Source: Myxococcales bacterium (GTDB taxonomy: Bacteria > Myxococcota_A > Polyangia > Fen-1088). From it: a DNA stretch of 60,938 nt. Position 1 is the stretch's first letter. The number at the start of each line of letters is the position of its first letter. The stretch covers positions 55,482 to 116,419 of the forward strand of contig PMBS01000138.1 in the NCBI GenBank assembly GCA_003153015.1. The letters are read 5' to 3'. A program made the translations under genes and the position numbers. This document shows positions 26,830 through 34,539 of the stretch, piece after piece. The notes beneath the pieces are model-generated. The model did not search any database, was not told where the DNA came from, and was given only the letters and a program-made list of their open reading frames with translations.

Positions 26830-27141
26830 ATGGCGTTCAGACAGATAACTCTTTTCGCAACCTTGCTGGCCCTCGGCGCTTGCGCGCCCCAGCTCGATGC
26901 GGACCATCCCGGCTACGGCAAGCAGCCTGACTGTTGGGCCTCGGGCTGTCACGATCGCAGCCACACTATGCGGTCGAGTGACTGGCCGTATCAGTGCGCC
27001 GATTGCCACGGCAACAACGGCGCGCCGGCCGGCCATGTCCCCGACTCGGCCGACCCCTGCGCGCCCTGCCACGGTGTGAAACACGGCGGCCCCGCCGCCG
27101 GGTTCATCGACCCGACCGCGTGCAACGCCTGTCACCGCTGA
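26830..27141 (+). CDS. Small multiheme c-type cytochrome lipoprotein (3 x CXXCH + 1 x CX4CH; tetraheme c3-like).
   Basis: GGGGAGG SD upstream of ATG 26830. MAFRQITLFATLLALGACAP lipobox. Heme motifs CWASGCH, CADCH, CAPCH, CNACH. Exactly 8 His in the mature 84 aa. Confidence 0.75.
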   Translation: MAFRQITLFATLLALGACAPQLDADHPGYGKQPDCWASGCHDRSHTMRSSDWPYQCADCHGNNGAPAGHVPDSADPCAPCHGVKHGGPAAGFIDPTACNACHR

Positions 27142-27174
27142 GCCAGGTGCAAGCCGTCCACACGCGGCGCAGGC

Positions 27175-27879
27175 TCAAACGTCGTGCCTGAAGGTGATGG
27201 CCTGGCGGGCGAGTTGGTCGCAGCGCTCGTTGTTGTCCACGCCGGCGTGGCCAGCCACCTTGACCAGCTTGACGCGGGAAAAGGTCGCCATTTGTTCGCG
27301 CAGGCTAGCCACCAGATCTTGGTTGGCCTTGGCCTTCCAGCCCTTGCCCAGTAGGCCCAGGGCGTAGCTGGAATCGCTGTAGATGCGAACAGGCCGAGCC
27401 CGATCAGGGGCAAGCTGGGCTGCCAAGTCGAGCCCACGCGAAATGGCGGTCAGCTCGGCGATGTTGTTGGTGCCCACGCCCAGGTATTCGCCGCGTTCGG
27501 CGCGCTCGCGGTCGGCCACCACCACGATGCCGACGCCCATGGGGCCGGGGTTGCCGGAGCAAGCCCCGTCGGTCCACACGTGGATCGTACCGGGAGCGTG
27601 ATCGTCGGTGTTCGACGCTGCCCGCGCCCGGGGATGTGAAGAAGATGCGGACGCGGCCCGAGGCGCGCGTGGGGGCCGGGGCTCGGCACGCGGCGCAGGC
27701 TGGCTCGCCTCCTCGGCCAGCGGCGCCAGGTTGCCGGGAGACGGCCGGTAGCTCTTGCCATCCTCCTGGCGGTACTTCATTTCGGCTCGGCCTTGGCTGT
27801 CCAGAAACGGCCGAAGGTCGGCCCCCACCCGCACCCAGACCGGCTGGCCCTTGAAGCTCATGCGTGACCAAGACATCAT
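27175..27879 (-). CDS. rnhA: Ribonuclease HI with a ~95-aa N-terminal extension.
   Basis: IHVWTDGACSGNPGPMGVGIVV, TNNIAELTAI, IYSDSSYALGLL, VKVAGHAGVDNNERCDQLARQA (DEDD catalytic pattern). The N-terminal part is Pro/Arg/Ala-rich. Confidence 0.85.
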   Translation of the reverse strand: MMSWSRMSFKGQPVWVRVGADLRPFLDSQGRAEMKYRQEDGKSYRPSPGNLAPLAEEASQPAPRAEPRPPRAPRAASASSSHPRARAASNTDDHAPGTIHVWTDGACSGNPGPMGVGIVVVADRERAERGEYLGVGTNNIAELTAISRGLDLAAQLAPDRARPVRIYSDSSYALGLLGKGWKAKANQDLVASLREQMATFSRVKLVKVAGHAGVDNNERCDQLARQAITFRHDV

Positions 27880-27998
27880 GGCCGCCCACTATGGCTGGAT
27901 TCGCCTGCCAGTTTCCACAGCTTCTTGCCCCCCTCCGAAGGCTCTCCGCGTCGTCCACTTGTTCGCGTCTTTGTCAGAAAGCCAGGTAACCTGCCGCC

Positions 27999-29513
27999 GT
28001 GACTGAAGCTGACAAGACCACCGACCGTGCCGTCGAGGTGGGCCACGGCGTGCTGTTCATCGGATTCGCCAAGGCCTCATTCATGGTGTTCGGGGCTTTG
28101 CAGAAGTTTCTGCTCGCGCGCGTGGTTGACCTGGCCGAGTACGGCGCCTTCTCGGTAGTGAACAACGCCATCTCCATCGTGAACAACACCATCGTACAGG
28201 GGACCATCCAGTCGGTGTCCAAGTTCACCGCCGAGGACGATGCGCGTGCCGGCGCGGTCCAGCGCGCGGGTCTGAAGTTGCAGAGCATCCTGGGCGTGGC
28301 GGTGGCGGTGGCGTTTTTCCTAGCGGCGCCTCTGGTCGCCGGGTTCGTGAATGCCCCGGAGCACACCGCGCTCTTCCGTTTGGCCGCGGCCATCCCTCTG
28401 GTCTACGCCTTTTATACCGTGTTCGTGGGCACGGCCAACGGCCAGCGCCGGTTTCACGTGCAGGCGAGTTTCGACGTTGGCTTCTCCATCACCAAGACTG
28501 TGCTTTTGCTGGCGGGCGCAGCGCTGGGGCACATGACCGGTCATTCGGTGGCTGGGGCGTTTGCCGGGTTCATCGCCGCGGCCGTGGTCATCATGCTGGT
28601 GGCAGGGCACAAGATGTGGCTTCACCCAGGGCAAGGCCGCTTCTCGCCCGCGCGCCTGCTGGTGTTCATGGGAGGCGCGGTGACCTACACCGGGCTGATC
28701 AATCTGGCGCTGAGCTACGACTCGCTCCTGCTGCGGCGGTTTGCCGGGGCTGCGCTGCTGGGGCAGGGGGGCAAGGCCGACGCGCTGGTGGGCGTGTACG
28801 AGGCGGTTCGCAGCCTGGCGCTGCTGCCCTACCAGGCTCTTCTGGTGGTGACCTTCGTCATCTTTCCCTTGGTCTCGCGCTCCACCTTTGCCGAGGACCG
28901 CGAGGCGACCCGGGCCTATGTGCGGCAGACCCTCCGCTACGCCCTCATCTTTGGCGCGGCCATGGCAGTGGTGCTGGGCGCGCGCCCTGCAACCTTGCTG
29001 AGGATCTTCTATCCTGCAGGCTACGGCACTGGCGCTGCGGCCCTGCCGATCTTGGCGGCCGGCGTGGTCGCGCTTGCATTGCTCTCCATAGCGGGCTCGA
29101 TCGTGACGGCGTCCGGTCGGCCCTATGTCGCGGTGGCGCTGGTGGCAATCACCCTGGCGGCGGGCACTGGCTTGGCCTTCACCCTGGTTCCGCGCGCTGC
29201 TGCCGGCCCGGCCATGCTGTCTGCGGCCGCCGCGTCGACCGCGGCTGGCATGCTGGCCGGCTTTCTGGCGGCGCTGGGCTATCTGTGGCGTCGCTTTGGC
29301 GCCGGGCTGCCCCTGCTGTCAGTGTTGCGTGTGCTGGTCGCGACGGCGCTGGCGGTGGGCGTGGCTCGCCTGGTGCCCGGGTCAGGGATCGTGGCGGGCG
29401 CGGCGGCCATGGCGCTGGCCGGGCTGGTGTTCGGCGCGGCGTTGCTGGCGGCACGCGAATTCGGCGCCAAAGATCGTGAGAAGTTCTTCAAGATCCTGCA
29501 TCGCACGCGGTAG
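27999..29513 (+). CDS. Polysaccharide/oligosaccharide flippase (MOP superfamily, Wzx/MurJ-like).
   Basis: GTG start. About 12-14 hydrophobic segments. N-terminus GHGVLFIGFAKASFMVFGALQKFLLARV and overall organisation are typical of polysaccharide biosynthesis (PST) family proteins. Confidence 0.7.
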   Translation: MTEADKTTDRAVEVGHGVLFIGFAKASFMVFGALQKFLLARVVDLAEYGAFSVVNNAISIVNNTIVQGTIQSVSKFTAEDDARAGAVQRAGLKLQSILGVAVAVAFFLAAPLVAGFVNAPEHTALFRLAAAIPLVYAFYTVFVGTANGQRRFHVQASFDVGFSITKTVLLLAGAALGHMTGHSVAGAFAGFIAAAVVIMLVAGHKMWLHPGQGRFSPARLLVFMGGAVTYTGLINLALSYDSLLLRRFAGAALLGQGGKADALVGVYEAVRSLALLPYQALLVVTFVIFPLVSRSTFAEDREATRAYVRQTLRYALIFGAAMAVVLGARPATLLRIFYPAGYGTGAAALPILAAGVVALALLSIAGSIVTASGRPYVAVALVAITLAAGTGLAFTLVPRAAAGPAMLSAAAASTAAGMLAGFLAALGYLWRRFGAGLPLLSVLRVLVATALAVGVARLVPGSGIVAGAAAMALAGLVFGAALLAAREFGAKDREKFFKILHRTR

Positions 29514-29538
29514 GGACGACCTGCGGTCGCCCAGGAAA

Positions 29539-29961
29539 TCAATCCTCGTGCTTGTCGCCCATGTCGTGCAGGCGCGCGTAGATGCGCGGGCCCAGGCTCT
29601 GCACCATCAGCTTCTCCACCTCACGTTCGACCTGCTCCTTCTGATCGGCGTTCTTGTAGATGAAGCGGATGCCCATGCCAGGTTCGCTGACCTCGCCGGC
29701 GTAGTCGTCCTGGCGGGTTTCGCCCTCGTGTAGGATCCAGCGCACTTCGCCCAGCAGGACCATGGGTTCGTCCATGTTGGGCACGAGCAACTTGAACAGG
29801 AACTGCGTTCCCACGTCGAGCGGCTTCTTGGTGTGGATGAAGGTACCACCCTTGGAGATGTTCCTGGTGTAGTCGTAGAAGAACCGATTCAGACGCTGGT
29901 ATTCGACCCTGAGCTCGATGGGGGCTCGTTCCTCCTGGCGGCGCTCGTGGGGCTGCGGCAT
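29539..29961 (-). CDS. PilZ-domain protein (putative c-di-GMP receptor).
   Basis: MPQPHERRQEERAPIELRVEY (RxxxR) and TRNISKGGTFI (D/NxSxxG) motifs. ATG 29961; the ORF extends to GTG 29988. Confidence 0.8.
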   Translation of the reverse strand: MPQPHERRQEERAPIELRVEYQRLNRFFYDYTRNISKGGTFIHTKKPLDVGTQFLFKLLVPNMDEPMVLLGEVRWILHEGETRQDDYAGEVSEPGMGIRFIYKNADQKEQVEREVEKLMVQSLGPRIYARLHDMGDKHED

Positions 29962-29975
29962 CCTGTCTCTCAGCC

Positions 29976-32357
29976 GTGATCGTCGCACGCCCCGCCATCT
30001 GGATCAATCACCGTTTCGGCCTGCGCCCCTTGCTTTGGGGCGGCGTGCTGGCGCTGGCTGCGCTGGCGCTCGACTTCGTGCCGCTCTTCGACCTGCTAGG
30101 GTTCGACTTTTCCTTCATCGTCGGTCTGGCCGCTGCCTTTGCCGCGGCCGACGTGGGCCACGGCGCCGTGACCGCGGCCCGGCGCGCCCACCGCAGGGTA
30201 TCGCTGTGGGAGCTGGTGTGCTCTGCAGTAACGGCTGGCCTGGCGCTGCTGGCGGCGCCCCTGCTGCTATCGCTGGCCAATGCCCTGCGCGTGCGCAACT
30301 GCAATCTGCCGGTGGGGTTGGCGTTCTATGCCCTACTTCCCGTGGCCAGCGTGTTGGTTGCAGCACCAGCGGGCGTTCTGCTGGGCTTGCTGGTGCGCGG
30401 GCCGCGCCTTGGGCGGTTGCTTGCGCTCATGCTGCCGGCCGCATCGATCGTGTGGGCCATGCTTCGCCTCTACCTGGACCCGCCAGTGTTTGCCCTGGAC
30501 CCGTTTGGCGGGTACTTCCCCGGCCCGATCTACGACGAGGGCCTGCGCCCATCGGTGCGCCTGGTGTGGTTCCGTCTGGCCAATCTGACCTGGATCGCCA
30601 CGGCTCTGGTGCTGGCCGGCTGCGCAAGCCGCGGCGGACAGCCGGACGAGGCGGGGCCACCGGCGCTTGCCTGGCGCTCTTTTCCGTCGCGGATGTCGCT
30701 GGCCCGGTGGCTGGGAGCCGCCCTCGCCCTGCTGGCGGGCTCGGCGCTTTGGTTCGGGTTTCGCGCCGAGCTTGGCTTTCACCTGACCAGGGACGACTTG
30801 GTTCGCGTGTTGTCGCGGCGGACGCAGAGCGAACATTTCGTGATGTGGAGCGATCCGGTAGGGGACACGCCGGTTGAGATAGGACTCGTGCACAGCGATC
30901 TGGAGTTCCGCTACCAGCAGTTGCGCGCCATCCTGGGCAGCGAGCCGCGCACGCCGATTACCGTCTATCGTTTCTCGACCGCGGCAGTGAAGAAGGATCT
31001 GGTAGGCGCCGGCGCCACGCTGTACGCGAAGCCTTGGAAACGGGAGATCTACGTGCAGGCCGAGCGCTTTCCCGCACCTCGGCTGCGCCATGAGCTGGCC
31101 CATGTCTTTGCCGCTGAGTTTGGCGATCCGGTGTTCGGTGTGGCGTTGGCCTGGCGCAGGTGGGGACCACTGCCGGTCCCACACCTGGGCACCGGCCTCA
31201 TCGAGGGCGTGGCTGAGGCCGCGGACTTTGGCGATCCCGACGGGCGTGCGACCTTGCATCAGCAGGCGCGAGCCATGCTTGCTCTCGGCCAGGCACCCTC
31301 GCTGGCGCGGGTCATGGGGGCAGGGTTCAGCGTGCAGTCCGGCGCGCGCGCCTATGTCATGGCGGGATCGTTCTGTCGTTTCCTCTTCGATCGCTTTGGG
31401 GCGGACAAGCTGCGCGCGGCCTACCGGTCGGCTGGCGATTTCGTGGCGGCATATGGTCTCTCACTGGCTGAGCTGGAGAAGTCATGGCGGGCCTTCTTGC
31501 AAACCCAGCCCTTGGACGCGCGGGATGAGGCGCGTGCCAAGGAGAGTTTTCGCAAGCCCGCCATCTTTCACAAAGTATGTGCGCGTGAGCTGGCCGAACG
31601 CGTGGTGCAAGCGCGGGAGCGAATGCGCACCATGCCTGACGCGGCAGTGAGCCTGCTGGAGAGCGTATGCCGGGATGATCCGGACGAGCCTTCATACCGG
31701 CTGGATCGGGCCGAGGCACTGGCCGCGGCCGGCGCCTCGGACAAGGCTTTGGCCCTGGTGCAGCCGATGGTTGATGACGAGTCACTGACCTGGCCTTTGC
31801 GCGGCCGGGCCGCCAACCTGATCGGCGCGATCGAGTTTCATGCCGGCCACTTCACCCAGGCAGCAGCCGCAGCAGAGCGCAGCCTGGCTCTGGCCACCGA
31901 TGAGAATGAGATGCGCACGGCCTGGGCCAAGCAGCGCGCCCTGGCCGACGATGGCTCCCGCCGATCCTTGGGCCGCGTGCTGTTTGGCGATGGCCCGGCG
32001 CGCGCCACCGACCCGGGCTTGGTGGTTTTCCTGGCCGACGAGTTTGCCCGTCTTCACCCGGAAGAGGCGTTAGGGCCCTATCTCGTGGGACGCCAACTCG
32101 CCAGCCGGGATCCCCACCTGGCGCTCGCTCCCTTGGCGCAGGCCTGTCCGCTCGATGGGCCAGGAATGGCTGTGCCGCTGGAACCGGCCTTTGCCAAGGA
32201 ATGCCGGAGGCTCTACGGCGAGTCCGCGTTTCTGGCCGGCGATCTGCCGCTTGCTCGTCGAATCTACGAAGTCCTTCGAGATCAGGCAACGCTGGAATCT
32301 GATCGGCTTCGCGCCAACGACTTTCTGGAACGCATCGCTTGGCAAGCAAGGCGATAG
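29976..32357 (+). CDS. Polytopic membrane protein fused to an MA-clan (HExxH) metallopeptidase-like domain and a C-terminal TPR-like helical region.
   Basis: N-terminal ~250 aa have about 7 hydrophobic segments. PAPRLRHELAHVFAAEFGDP (HELAH) ...GLIEGVAEAADFG. The C-terminal helical repeats are Ala/Leu/Arg-rich. The GTG 29976 start is uncertain. Confidence 0.65.
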   Translation: MIVARPAIWINHRFGLRPLLWGGVLALAALALDFVPLFDLLGFDFSFIVGLAAAFAAADVGHGAVTAARRAHRRVSLWELVCSAVTAGLALLAAPLLLSLANALRVRNCNLPVGLAFYALLPVASVLVAAPAGVLLGLLVRGPRLGRLLALMLPAASIVWAMLRLYLDPPVFALDPFGGYFPGPIYDEGLRPSVRLVWFRLANLTWIATALVLAGCASRGGQPDEAGPPALAWRSFPSRMSLARWLGAALALLAGSALWFGFRAELGFHLTRDDLVRVLSRRTQSEHFVMWSDPVGDTPVEIGLVHSDLEFRYQQLRAILGSEPRTPITVYRFSTAAVKKDLVGAGATLYAKPWKREIYVQAERFPAPRLRHELAHVFAAEFGDPVFGVALAWRRWGPLPVPHLGTGLIEGVAEAADFGDPDGRATLHQQARAMLALGQAPSLARVMGAGFSVQSGARAYVMAGSFCRFLFDRFGADKLRAAYRSAGDFVAAYGLSLAELEKSWRAFLQTQPLDARDEARAKESFRKPAIFHKVCARELAERVVQARERMRTMPDAAVSLLESVCRDDPDEPSYRLDRAEALAAAGASDKALALVQPMVDDESLTWPLRGRAANLIGAIEFHAGHFTQAAAAAERSLALATDENEMRTAWAKQRALADDGSRRSLGRVLFGDGPARATDPGLVVFLADEFARLHPEEALGPYLVGRQLASRDPHLALAPLAQACPLDGPGMAVPLEPAFAKECRRLYGESAFLAGDLPLARRIYEVLRDQATLESDRLRANDFLERIAWQARR

Positions 32358-32486
32358 TTAGCTGTTTCTCACGGAGAGCACAGAGGTCACATAGCCGGAG
32401 GAGGGAAGAGGAAGGGTTTTCTCCTGTGCGGTCCGAACCCTTTTCTTCTCTTCCGCTCTCAGCGTTCTCTGTACTACTAGGATGCG

Positions 32487-32511
32487 GAATCTTCGCGGGC
32501 CGCGAAGATTC
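32487..32511. repeat. Near-perfect 25-nt palindrome GAATCTTCGCGG-G-CCGCGAAGATTC.
   Basis: Direct reading: 12-nt arms are exactly complementary around a central G. Could be a protein-binding palindrome or a hairpin. No T-run follows. Confidence 0.85.
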
Positions 32512-32538
32512 TCGACGGTGTCGCGATAGTTGCAGGAG

Positions 32539-32586
32539 GTCGTGGCCGTGGTCGTGGCCGTGGCCGTGGTCGTGGCCGTGGCCGTG
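32539..32586. repeat. Hexanucleotide microsatellite (GYCGTG)x8, part of intergenic repeat element copy B (32516..32600).
   Basis: gtcgtg gccgtg gtcgtg gccgtg gccgtg gtcgtg gccgtg gccgtg read directly. Copy A at 12347..12370 has only about 4 degenerate units. Confidence 0.9.
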
Positions 32587-32697
32587 GCCGGAGCGATCCC
32601 TTTGGTTGCGGCCGTGAGGCTGCTCTGTGCTCTCTGTGAGAATTGGGTAACTTCTTTCCTGTCGCAAGGCCGTGCTGGCCTCGGTTACCATGTCCCC

Positions 32698-34530
32698 ATG
32701 CCTCCACGCGCTTCTCACAGTGTCAAGCTCAAGCCGGCGGATCCCTTTGACCTGATCCGCTGGCTGGCGCGCAGTCAGAGCGATCCACGCAAGGCGGTGG
32801 CCGAGTTGGTCCAGAACTCCATTGATGCCCACGCGCGCACGGTGCGCATCGACCGCCGGCGCGTGCGGCACACGCCCGCGCTCATCATCCGGGACGATGG
32901 CGAGGGCGTTCTGCCTGAGTTGGGGCGCGAGGAGGCTCTCAGCGCGCTGGTGACCGAGATCGGGCACTCACGCAAGCGCGGGCTGTCGCCGCGTGAGCGC
33001 CACGACCAGGTGGTGGCGGGCAAGTACGGCATCGGCCTGCTGGGCTTCTGGTCGGTGGGCCGCCGCATGGACATCCGCACCCGCGTGCGTGGCTCTGAGG
33101 TGTGGCTTCTGCACCTGGTGGAGGATCAGGAAAGGGCCGAGATCCTGCGCGATCGTATGCCGCTGGAGATTGAGGAGACTTTCACCGAGATCATCGTTTC
33201 CGAGTTGCACGACTCGGCCCTGCGCATGCTGGGTGCGCGCCGGCTGACGGAATACCTGGCCGCCGAGCTGCGGGGTGCCATCCTGGCTAGCGGCGTGTCC
33301 ATTGAGATCTTCGACGGTATGGCGCGCGGGCCGGTGCCCCGGCGTTTTTCCGTGGTACCCCGGCGTTTCACCGGCGAGCCTCTCGCTCTGCCGCCGGAGA
33401 TTACGGTCGACGGGCATCCCCCAGTTCGGATTGAGCTCTACCTGGCCCGCGGCTTCGAACGCCCAGCGCTGGAAGTGAGCTGTGCCGGGACTCTGGTTGC
33501 CGACGACATGGGAGAGCTGCGCAACCTGGGTCTGGACCGGCCGCCCTGGATCGGACGCGAGCTGGCCGGCTTGATCGATTTCCCCGGTTTCACCGTACCG
33601 CCAGGCACGCGTAGGGGCGTGGTGCCGGACGCTGCGGCCGAGGCATTCGTGCGTGCCCTGGACGGAGTTGTGCCGTTGGTCGAGGCTGAGCTTGGGCGCT
33701 TGGAGCGCGAGCGGGGAGCCGCGGCCAGCCGGCAGGTGGTGCAGGACCTGCGGCGCGCGCTCAAGGGACTGCGCGACCGACTGCCGCAGTACGAGCTGCC
33801 TACGGTGGCGAGCAGTGAGGCCGAGCTGCGGGATGCTGCCGAGGCCGGGATCGCGCCCAGTGGCGCCGAGGCGGCTGCGGGCGACGGCGCAGGCGAAAGC
33901 CAAGACGAGGCCTCGCCGGGTCGGGATCGCACCCTGGATCTCTTTCCGCCCGGGCCGCTTGCCGGTATCAGAATCTCGCCACCCGAGATCACGCTGGCGC
34001 CCGGCCGCGAGCGCCGTGTGCTGGGAGTGGGCGTGGACGAGTCGGGCCGGCGCGTGCTGGGCGAGGTGGACATCGTCTGGAGCACGGCCTCGCCCGTGCT
34101 GTCCATCGCGGGGGCGGGCCGGCGGCCGGCGGTGCTGGCCTCGGCCGAGGCGCGGGCCGGCAGTCGCTTCTCCCTGGTCGCTGAGGGCCGGCAGGGCGAG
34201 CACCGGGCGCGGGGCGAAGCCGTCGTCGTCATCATCGAGGCCGAGGAGCCTGGCGCCGGTCTCGGCTTCGGCATTCCCGAGCCCGAGCTGGTTGACGACG
34301 CCGGTGCAAGCTGGCGCAGCCGCTTCGATGGCCGGCGCTGGCAGGTCAACGCCAGCCAAGACGACTATGTTGCCTTGCACGGCGACGGGAAGGCGCGGCT
34401 TCGCTACTTGCTGGCTTTGCTAGCCAAGGAGATCGCCCAGCGCACGCATGGCGTCCCGGGCAGCGAGGCCGCCCTGGAGAGCCTGGTCGAGATCCTTGCC
34501 CATGCCGAGCGCAACCTGCGCGGCGGGTGA
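32698..34530 (+). CDS. GHKL-superfamily ATPase (MORC/MutL/Hsp90-like Bergerat fold, not a histidine kinase) with a C-terminal Ig-like (Big_2-like) domain and helical tail.
   Basis: ATG 32698 (MPPRASHSVKLKPADPFDLIRWLA...). N-box AVAELVQNSIDA, G1 ALIIRDDGEGV, G2 GKYGIGLLGFWSVG. Ig-like IRISPPEITLAPGRERRVLGVGVDESGRRVLGEVDIVWSTASPVLSI. No HisKA/DHp region. Confidence 0.75.
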   Translation: MPPRASHSVKLKPADPFDLIRWLARSQSDPRKAVAELVQNSIDAHARTVRIDRRRVRHTPALIIRDDGEGVLPELGREEALSALVTEIGHSRKRGLSPRERHDQVVAGKYGIGLLGFWSVGRRMDIRTRVRGSEVWLLHLVEDQERAEILRDRMPLEIEETFTEIIVSELHDSALRMLGARRLTEYLAAELRGAILASGVSIEIFDGMARGPVPRRFSVVPRRFTGEPLALPPEITVDGHPPVRIELYLARGFERPALEVSCAGTLVADDMGELRNLGLDRPPWIGRELAGLIDFPGFTVPPGTRRGVVPDAAAEAFVRALDGVVPLVEAELGRLERERGAAASRQVVQDLRRALKGLRDRLPQYELPTVASSEAELRDAAEAGIAPSGAEAAAGDGAGESQDEASPGRDRTLDLFPPGPLAGIRISPPEITLAPGRERRVLGVGVDESGRRVLGEVDIVWSTASPVLSIAGAGRRPAVLASAEARAGSRFSLVAEGRQGEHRARGEAVVVIIEAEEPGAGLGFGIPEPELVDDAGASWRSRFDGRRWQVNASQDDYVALHGDGKARLRYLLALLAKEIAQRTHGVPGSEAALESLVEILAHAERNLRGG

Positions 34531-34539
34531 GTCAACCCG

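Larger units (their letters stand above)
32366..32642. repeat. MITE-like or structured intergenic block bounded by 20-bp inverted repeats (speculative as a mobile element).
   Basis: TTCTCACGGAGAGCACAGAG (32366-32385) versus the revcomp of CTCTGTGCTCTCTGTGAGAA (32623-32642): 19/20 match. Inside are a purine-rich arm (GGAGGAGGGAAGAGGAAGGG) facing a pyrimidine-rich arm (CCCTTTTCTTCTCTTCC), a 25-nt palindrome and a hexanucleotide microsatellite. Confidence 0.4.

Noticed and set aside
32516-32600. His/Gly/Asp-rich peptide (…SGHGHGHDHGHGHDHGHDLLQLSR…) on the minus strand, considered as a possible metal-binding micro-protein. A related peptide occurs at 12336..12395.
   Set aside because: There is no plausible independent start or RBS. 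One copy reads through into the 3-prime end of the C1 peptidase gene and the other lies within a 371-aa shadow ORF. The variable hexamer copy number fits a DNA-level microsatellite better. Flagged for Ribo-seq only.
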